A stretch of DNA of 61,741 bases, the filler included, from Sphacelaria rigidula (lineage: Eukaryota): the NCBI GenBank assembly GCA_964200075.2. It is 9 parts of 9 records of this genome, joined end to end, with 100 filler letters (N's around TTAATTAATTAA, not from the genome) between each part and the next. Parts side by side here need not be neighbours in the genome. Positions count along the whole stretch, not along the records: positions 54,972 to 61,741 come from CAXNAA020018164.1; 8 more parts are not named here. One strand, written 5' to 3'. Positions 60,621 to 61,741 of this stretch are shown piece after piece. Position 1 is the first letter of the stretch; every line of letters begins with the position of its first letter. A program made the position numbers and the translations under genes. The notes beneath the pieces were generated by a model. That model was not told the origin of the DNA, ran no database searches, and was given only the letters and a program-made list of their open reading frames with translations.

Positions 60621-61741
60621 CTCGGTGCTGCGGCGGCAGACGCTGCTCTTTTGTCTCACACAGTGGAAGAGGCGCTGTCCTTCGACCGGCAATTGGATCG
60701 GGAGGCGGGCTACGCGGAGTGCCCTGCGCGATTCCCCGGGCAAACGTGGCCCAGGTAATGTTCGTTTTGTGCTGTGGTTGCCGCAGGGCAAGGGTGGGCA
60801 TGTATTATTGCGCCATGTGACTATGTACAACACTGCAAGGTTAGAAGATTGAGTCAAACCCTTGTTTCTACAGAGAAATGAGGGAACAAGATTTCCTGAA
60901 CGTGGCACGCGTGTCGCATCTCAGCTTCTTTTTGCACAAGCTCCTCCACCATGACCATGACTTCAATTAACCCTCTCCCCACGAGACTGTGATTTGGACC
61001 CTGCTTCGTGTCACCACTCGGAGACCTTACCAGTTTATCGTGTGTGAAGATGTTGGTGGTGTGATGGTGGGTAGCTGTGCAAATGGTATACAATGGTCGT
61101 AGAAGGGCGCCTTTTGGGGGATAGATTGACAGCGTCTCACGTGCTGCGCCAGGATTTGCTGTTCCAGAGACAGCAACGTCGCCACAGGAGGGGGCACAGT
61201 ATTGCGCGTAAAAAAATCACGGAATTCGTCCGTGCACCCGCTACACACACACATACGCACAAGGAAACAGCCAACACTGCTGCCCCCTACAGAATATGGG
61301 GTTGGGTGCGAGAGTAATGGAACGAATCAGGATCCAAATCACAGTTTGCCTCGCGCGGGAGAGGGTTGATGAAGTCACGGCATGGCAATGCTGCTGCCTC
61401 TCCTTTCCCTGCCCTTTTCAAGGATAAGGGTAGCAGGTGCGAGATTAATGAAACGAACCAGACTTTCAAATCACGATCTCGCTTGAGAGGGGTTCGTGAA
61501 AGTCACAATAGAGTTTGTGTGTTGTGCGAGAAGATAACGTGCCTTCGTGTACAAATGTCAAGACGTTGTGCACTCAAGTATATTTTTGTGTTTTCGGGTC
61601 GAATGAAAAGTGTTGTACATCACGAGTGGCAGCTTCTATCTTGAAATCTCCGATCATCCGATCATGATGTATTAGTCACGTGGCACAACCCCCCCCCCCC
61701 CCCCCCCCCCCACCCCTGCCGCCCACTGCCGGCGCCCCCGG

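Noticed and set aside
59735-60820. 361-aa ORF as a real gene
   Set aside because: It is a chance read-through joining the mariner C-terminal fragment to non-coding or antisense sequence.

Overview
This is eukaryotic, intron-rich and TE-rich DNA, most likely from a brown alga (Phaeophyceae). That inference rests on an EsV-1-7 repeat gene, long GT-AG introns and the TE spectrum. The window is not one locus. Eight identical 100-bp spacers (N44-TTAATTAATTAA-N44) separate nine contigs of 6772, 6772, 6772, 6772, 6771, 6771, 6771, 6770 and 6770 bp, so it is a size-sorted concatenation of unplaced contigs and adjacency across spacers has no biological meaning. Host genes: the 3' exons of VPS16 (-), an intronless 11-repeat EsV-1-7 protein (+), the 5' exons of a GET4-like gene (+) and a six-exon bacterial-type metzincin metalloprotease (+). 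Mobile elements: a decayed Sailor-like ITm transposon with DD123E spacing, a CRE-like REL-endonuclease LINE, a Ty3/gypsy element with a chromodomain plus a second Tudor-like module, a non-autonomous hAT with TIRs and TSD, a DD39D-type mariner remnant, fold-back MITEs and tRNA-derived SINE heads. The most notable signal is that two unrelated DNA transposons on different contigs each carry a near-perfect inverted duplication of their own transposase coding sequence. This is the architecture of a Mu-killer-like hairpin silencer; the function is inferred and untested.
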